DNA of 59,411 nucleotides, filler included, from It is 4 parts of 4 records of this genome, joined end to end, with 100 filler letters (N's around TTAATTAATTAA, not from the genome) between each part and the next. Parts side by side here need not be neighbours in the genome. Positions count along the whole stretch, not along the records: positions 46,123 to 59,411 come from SRR20825019_2888; 3 more parts are not named here. One strand, 5' to 3'. Shown piece by piece: positions 54,696 to 59,411 of this stretch (position 1 is its first letter; each line of letters starts with the position of its first letter). The notes under the pieces were generated by a model. It saw only the letters and a program-made list of their open reading frames with translations, ran no database searches and was not told where the DNA came from. The position numbers and the translations under genes were made by a program.

Positions 54696-54930
54696 TCGTC
54701 CTATTAAAAATCCTAAAGATCATTAAAATTTATGGAAGGATAATACGTGTCACAGTCAGATTTTGGGGAACAAGTCCGTATTTAACATAAATTTTTGAAT
54801 GTAATGATGCTAAGCTGGAAGAACCTTTTAAAAATACTAACTGAGAGCAAATGGGGTGCTGAATACACCCACGGTCAATTCGGCCCATACATCAAGAAAG
54901 AGCAGTACAAAGTTACTTTCCCGTAATTTT

Positions 54931-55263
54931 TCAAAACTTCCGCACTTTTCCTTTTTCAAGCAGTTTTTTTGCTGCAGACCAATTCGGAAGTACCTCGGTA
55001 TCAATTGTAATGGTACGTATTTCCTTAGCAATCTTTCCGCTGTTTTTCATGGCTTCAAGGTGTGCACCGCTACGGGCAAACTCTTTCAATTCCTCTTCTG
55101 TGTTCCAGAGCGTCATGGTGTAATGTGTGGTCCAGATCCCCTTTTTTTTGAATTCCTTGCAATGGGTAGATTTTAGTTGTTTTAGAATTTTTAATGCAGT
55201 TGCCGATAGTGCAAAGAATTTGAACGGCCCTTTTAATTCAATGGACGTAATGGTTGCTCTCAT
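54931..55263 (-). CDS. DUF3291/antibiotic-monooxygenase-like small protein
   Basis: HYTMTLW, FARSGAHLEAM, LPNWSAA. Confidence 0.75.
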   Translation of the reverse strand: MRATITSIELKGPFKFFALSATALKILKQLKSTHCKEFKKKGIWTTHYTMTLWNTEEELKEFARSGAHLEAMKNSGKIAKEIRTITIDTEVLPNWSAAKKLLEKGKVRKF

Positions 55264-55814
55264 CAATAGATGTATTTGTGTTTGTTAAAAAACGGGGTCG
55301 GCGCAACAGGGGTAAATATACGTTTTGTTGAAAAATAGAGCTAAACCACACTTGAAAAAGTTACGCTTGGAATAGAAATGTGCTCAAAACCGGATGGTGG
55401 TGGGCTCGAATTGCCACTCGTGCCTTATTTCCCGATACATATGTACTTTTCCTTATTTTATGGGGGTTCCCAGAGTTTGAGGTGTAAAAGGGGTGTAAAA
55501 AAGTTAAGAAAATCAAACCTTGTTGATATCTTTTAAGTTGATTAAAACCGTTTTGCAATAGTTGTAATTGATTTGTTATTCTATGATATGGTACAGTTAT
55601 CGTTTATTCGAACATTTATGAATATAGGAATTTTCTATAAAAAAATAATTTGGTCTGGTTGCTATGGAGCGTAAGGAAGTCAAAGCTATGTTTATGTTAT
55701 AAATAAATTCACCTTATTTATGGAGCAACTACAGTATTGAACTAAGTCTAATTCCTATTGGGAGGTTTATCGGGCTTGCCTAAACTTGTCCATGTGCCCC
55801 TGAATATCCTCCTT

Positions 55815-55898
55815 TTATGAAGGCCCAAACTTCCCAAGGGTTTTGAGTAGTTGTAGTTCTGTTATGGTTTTGGCAAGTGCAGGACTAACGGCACTCAT
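55815..55898 (-). pseudogene. Truncated AbiEii-like nucleotidyltransferase toxin
   Basis: ATGA overlap with the DUF6922 stop; MSAVSPALAKTITELQLLKTLGKF matches the usual N-terminus but stops before the GGT motif. Confidence 0.55.
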
Positions 55899-56182
55899 AA
55901 AGCAAAGCGAGCGAAGGATTTGGCGTGGTATCTTTTGGCAACCAATTCACAAACCGTGTTACTGATACGTTCTTTGGTGCTTCGTAGCGTTTGTAAAATC
56001 TCATTTTTAGAATATAGTTCTTCCAGATGCTCAATATCATCAATAAAAGTATCTTCGGTAGAGGCAAATAAAGCTCTGGGGATAATGAGGTTTTTATCCC
56101 TTTGAGGATTTAACCTGGTCATATCCACTTCCCAAAAAAGGTGTTTTGGGAAAATAGCGGTTATATTTTGCCTTCTGTTCAT
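55895..56182 (-). CDS. DUF6922 domain protein (putative antitoxin partner of AbiEii-type toxin)
   Basis: FPKHLFWEVDMTRLNPQRDKNLIIPRAL...LEELYSKNEI. Confidence 0.8.
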   Translation of the reverse strand: MNRRQNITAIFPKHLFWEVDMTRLNPQRDKNLIIPRALFASTEDTFIDDIEHLEELYSKNEILQTLRSTKERISNTVCELVAKRYHAKSFARFAL

Positions 56183-56319
56183 GACGTAAAGGTAAAAATC
56201 AATTTCTTATTTAACGTAAATCCATCAAATTCAGTGCCATGGTCATATTGTCAAATGAATTAATGAAACGATATGATGCGAAAAAATACGGTAATGATAC
56301 GATGCTGAGCGAGGCAGAA

Positions 56320-56409
56320 TCATTTTTTGTTAAGAAGCTTTTCCAAGTAACTAACCTTATCTTTTTCCGCTTGAACAAGACGTTCATAAAGCTTTTTGTT
56401 TTCCTCTTC
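56320..56409 (-). pseudogene. C-terminal remnant of Bacteroidota XRE-family HTH regulator
   Basis: EENKKLYERLVQAEKDKVSYLEKLLNKK* with no intact upstream HTH. Confidence 0.55.
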
Positions 56410-56794
56410 TTCCCTTGACAATGGCGTTAATGGTTTGCGGATGTTCATTTATGGACAAGGCGAATGGACGTTGCTTTAACGATTTTTTCTTCAATTCCCT
56501 TTCCAGAATCAATCCTTGGTGTATTCCTTTATATTTTTCCGCATAACTTACCATACCACATATATAAACAATTTTGTTTACATTTTATGGTAAATCCATT
56601 TCTAGACCTTTCCAACATCAAAGGTAAATTGTCTTCAGCTTGATAAAGCAGAGTTTTGATGAGTAGGATGGTCGGGATCATTAAAATCGGAAAGTTTGAG
56701 CCATGGAATATTTGGCCGTAGTGATTTGAATGTTAGGTTTGTGTGTTGAGTCTAGGAGTGCTCAATATTATCCGACCAGAGTGGTATACAATGT

Positions 56795-56930
56795 CGGGCG
56801 TTTCCACAATGTCATCATGCTCAATGGTAGACCAGGATTTCAGGACTACCAGTTGATAATCCAGTTGGTATTCATTAAAAATGTTTTGTATATGTTCTGA
56901 AATTGTATGCCTTTTCTAATAGTTGGCTTA
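56795..56930 (-). pseudogene. Degenerate RhuM-family fragment
   Basis: TISEHIQNIFNEYQLD..VV.K...T resembles the RhuM N-terminal motif; frameshifted. Confidence 0.45.
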
Positions 56931-57010
56931 TTTGTGCCTTTATTAGGCAAACGGTATCTTACACAATTAGAATGATAAATTGAATGGTACCATCATTGCC
57001 AGATAAACCT

Positions 57011-57310
57011 TTATTCGGTTATTCTATTTTTCAAATCCATTTGTCCGTGTAAAATTCTCGTAATTTCTATGGGGAAATCATTTCGTTTCCTGTAAAAAAT
57101 TATATGTCTACTAGTTTTAAGTCCGAATAAGTCATTTGTGATTCCGTCATAATTTTTCCCTAATTCGGGATTATCTGCAATATCCTGACAACTGTCCAAT
57201 AGTAAATTATAATATCTATCAGCTTGTTGTTCTGACCATTTTTCAATTGTGTATTCCCAAATTCCAGTCAAATCCTCAACCGCTTTATTGGTCAGTTCAT
57301 ATTTAGACAT
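57011..57310 (-). CDS. parE: Type II toxin, ParE family
   Basis: YELTNKAVEDLTGIWEYT..WSEQQADRY, HIIFYR, IEITRILHGQMDL. Confidence 0.93.
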   Translation of the reverse strand: MSKYELTNKAVEDLTGIWEYTIEKWSEQQADRYYNLLLDSCQDIADNPELGKNYDGITNDLFGLKTSRHIIFYRKRNDFPIEITRILHGQMDLKNRITE

Positions 57311-57554
57311 TCTTTTTGCGTCTAGCTTTTAATCCCTGAAGATGTTTGTCTGGGTCAAAATCGTGCGCAATTCCGCTGTCAATTCCTTCTTGAATAGCGT
57401 TTCTCAACGCAATAACTTTACTTTCCTCGTTTTCCAAAAGTCGAAGTCCAGCTCTAATTACCTCACTTACGTTTTTATAACGTCCAGCAGAAACTTGGTT
57501 ACTGACAAACTGGTCAAAGTAATTTCCAAGTGATATTGATGTGTTCTTGCTCAT
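57303..57554 (-). CDS. parD: Type II antitoxin, ParD family (RHH)
   Basis: MSKNTSISLG..F...VSAGRYKNVSEVIRAGLRLLE; overlaps the parE start. Confidence 0.93.
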   Translation of the reverse strand: MSKNTSISLGNYFDQFVSNQVSAGRYKNVSEVIRAGLRLLENEESKVIALRNAIQEGIDSGIAHDFDPDKHLQGLKARRKKNV

Positions 57555-57820
57555 AATTTCTATTTCTACTTCAAAAATACCAATTTTTGGTATTTTTCGC
57601 AAATTACACCTTGAGACTTGCATCTTATAATAATCAGGACTCGTTTTCCACAGGAAGCTCAAAAAAGCCAGATTAATTAATTTTCAAAATAGTGCGAAAA
57701 CAATGGATTCTAATATACTCTCCATTTGAAATACCTATTTTGAAACTAACCGATTAGAGACTTAAATTCTGTTATGTCACCATCAAATTTTAAGGGGTTA
57801 TAATAAAAGAAGCCCTAGTT

Positions 57821-57978
57821 TGTTTTCCGGGGCATCGGAAAACAGGGCAGTGCCTGGGAACTTCCAATCAGGACACCAATGACTTCACTCGCTTAACTTC
57901 CCGTTCGCTCACTTGCCATTGGGTCAGATGGAATTCCCAAAGGCCCTTGTGGAACCTCTCAAGGCCAGGCCCTGTTTT
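57821..57978. other. Long imperfect stem-loop element upstream of ssb
   Basis: AAAACAGGGC 57839-57848 pairs with GCCCTGTTTT 57969-57978; inner GGGAACTTCCAATC..GACACCAATG pairs with CATTGGGTCAGATGGAATTCCC. Confidence 0.6.
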
Positions 57979-58185
57979 GCCAACAAATAGGGTATCCATT
58001 TCCTTGAAAACCCAAGGGTTTTACTACGTTATGTACCCTCCCAATTTTTTGTCAAAAGCCTTGACAGAACCCCCTTCTTTCATTGTGCTGTGCACGAAGG
58101 AAACCAAACGAACGCCCCCTTAAAATTTGGAAAACAACAACCAAAGCAATTAAGGGACAATTATTAATCTTATAAACTTTTAAGC

Positions 58186-58530
58186 ATGGGAAATTTACGC
58201 AACAAAGTACAGCTGATCGGTAACGTTGGACAGGACCCGGTAATCACTGATTTTGAGAACGGAAAGCGCATGGTTCGGGTGAACCTGGCCACCAACGACC
58301 ATTACAAAAACGCCGAAGGAGAACGTATCACCAACACCGAATGGCACACCCTGATCGGTTGGGGAAAACTGGTGGACATCGTTGAGGGATTCGTGACCAA
58401 GGGCAAGGAAATTGCCGTCGAGGGAAAACTTACCTACAGGTCCTACGAAGATAAGGAAGGTAACAAACGCTATGTGACCGAGGTTGTGGTGAGTGAGATC
58501 TTATTGTTGGGAGGCAACAATGAGGACTAG
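58186..58530 (+). CDS. ssb: Single-stranded DNA-binding protein, short mobile-element type
   Basis: NKVQLIGNVGQDP, LATND, TEWH, KGKEIAVEGKL, YVTEV; lacks the long C-terminal DDLPF tail. Confidence 0.95.
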   Translation: MGNLRNKVQLIGNVGQDPVITDFENGKRMVRVNLATNDHYKNAEGERITNTEWHTLIGWGKLVDIVEGFVTKGKEIAVEGKLTYRSYEDKEGNKRYVTEVVVSEILLLGGNNED

Positions 58531-58537
58531 AAGATGG

Positions 58538-58566
58538 AAGCGCCCCAAACCATGGGGCGCTTTTTC
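58538..58566 (+). terminator. Intrinsic terminator-like hairpin after ssb
   Basis: AAGCGCCCCA-N5-TGGGGCGCTT followed by a T-run. Confidence 0.7.
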
Positions 58567-58589
58567 TTTCAACTTTCAAGGGCTAAAAC

Positions 58590-59039
58590 ATGGAACACAA
58601 AGTCAACGAAATACAGATAAGTTATAGGGAAAAACTTGGTACCCTGAAATCACTCTCCATTACGAACTCCAAAGAGATGGCCCAACTCTTGTACAGGAAT
58701 TGGGACGCGGACACCATTGGGTTACACGAGACTTTTAAGATCGTATTGCTGAACCGCTCCAATAAAGTCAAAGGAATCTATCCATTGTCCCATGGTGGTA
58801 TCACGGGAACATTGGTGGATATGCGCATCCTTTTTGCCATAGTGCTCAAGACGCTTTCCGTGGGGATCATCCTGACCCATAACCACCCATCGGGACAGTT
58901 GAAGGCCAGTGAAATGGACAAACAATTGACCCAAAAGATCCAACGGGCGGCACAATTGTTCGATGTCCAGGTATTGGACCATATTATCCTGGCCCCCGAT
59001 GGCAATTATTACAGTTTTGCCGATCATGGGCTTATGTAA
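58590..59039 (+). CDS. JAB-domain (RadC-like) protein, stand-alone mobile-element type
   Basis: ETFKIVLLNRSNKVKG, GGITGTLVD, ILTHNHPSGQLKASEMD, VLDHII, YYSFADHG. Confidence 0.93.
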   Translation: MEHKVNEIQISYREKLGTLKSLSITNSKEMAQLLYRNWDADTIGLHETFKIVLLNRSNKVKGIYPLSHGGITGTLVDMRILFAIVLKTLSVGIILTHNHPSGQLKASEMDKQLTQKIQRAAQLFDVQVLDHIILAPDGNYYSFADHGLM

Positions 59040-59072
59040 TCTAGGACCGTTCGAACAATTAAGAACAATCAT

Positions 59073-59100
59073 ACCCAATCATTATGATTGGGTTTTTTTT
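59073..59100 (+). terminator. Intrinsic terminator after the JAB gene
   Basis: ACCCAATCA-TTA-TGATTGGGT followed by T7. Confidence 0.8.
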
Positions 59101-59411
59101 ATAATAAAACATAACTTTATGGTGAACCAATAATGTACGGCAATATTTCCTGATTTGACTTTCCAAAAGACCGTACCATTGATCAAAGAATATGTCAAGC
59201 CCTTTTTTTCAGGGGCAGTGCGATGCGTTTTTGTCCTTGCGGGACAAAAAGGAGGAGCAAGAGGGTAGCACGCTCACGCGTCCCACCGATCATATTTGCT
59301 CCGCAAGGTCCCTGTTTATGGGGTGTTTTCGAAAATTGAAAATTAGCTGCCCGGTTGTTTTTTAATGGAAAAATGCACTGGGCCCAGTAAAACCAAGGAA
59401 TTTTTAATGGA

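Larger units (their letters stand above)
55430..59411. mobile_element. Left part of a decaying integrative or conjugative island; boundary approximate
   Basis: Housekeeping genes stop; tandem GGTGTAAAA repeats 55481-55500; pseudogene fragments, two TA loci, ssb and JAB/RadC follow. Confidence 0.6.

Noticed and set aside
1-59411. CRISPR arrays, tRNA or rRNA genes
   Set aside because: No regularly spaced repeats or recognisable structural RNA genes seen by eye

Overview
This window is not one locus. It is four unrelated contigs joined by identical 100-nt linkers (N44-TTAATTAATTAA-N44 at 14028-14127, 33756-33855 and 46023-46122). (A) 1-14027 is a GC-rich alphaproteobacterial accessory region. 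It carries an exported vWA protein, an OmpA-C protein, a six-gene minus-strand run of secreted, lipo- and membrane proteins (one with a HExxH zincin motif), a COG3915-like periplasmic protein/PAS kinase/REC-LuxR regulator operon, an IS6 transposase and a dnaE2 remnant. A shared ~45-bp element sits in both divergent promoter regions. (B) 14128-33755 is a compact flagellated-eukaryote contig with ~50-58-nt GT-AG introns. It encodes DNA polymerase epsilon catalytic subunit, a MORN-repeat protein, an unknown disordered protein, CCDC40, DRC10/IQCD and a secreted coiled-coil/Gly-Ala protein. (C) 33856-46022 is a Rhizobiales-like chromosome segment (carB, alpha-carbonic anhydrase, cold-shock protein, two aldo-keto reductases, galE, pyrC, pxpA, ArsR/MFS, GbsR-type regulator). 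It also holds a Pro-rich orphan packed with eukaryote-type linear motifs (polyproline repeats, duplicated GILK plus RVxF PP1-docking motifs, C-terminal TRL PDZ ligand), a candidate host-targeting effector. (D) 46123-59411 is a Flavobacteriaceae chromosome segment followed from ~55.4 kb by a decaying mobile island (DUF6922 plus truncated AbiEii-like toxin, XRE and RhuM remnants, parDE, ssb, JAB/RadC) with long structured intergenic elements resembling single-stranded-DNA promoters. All family assignments come from motif recognition by eye; no database searches were run.
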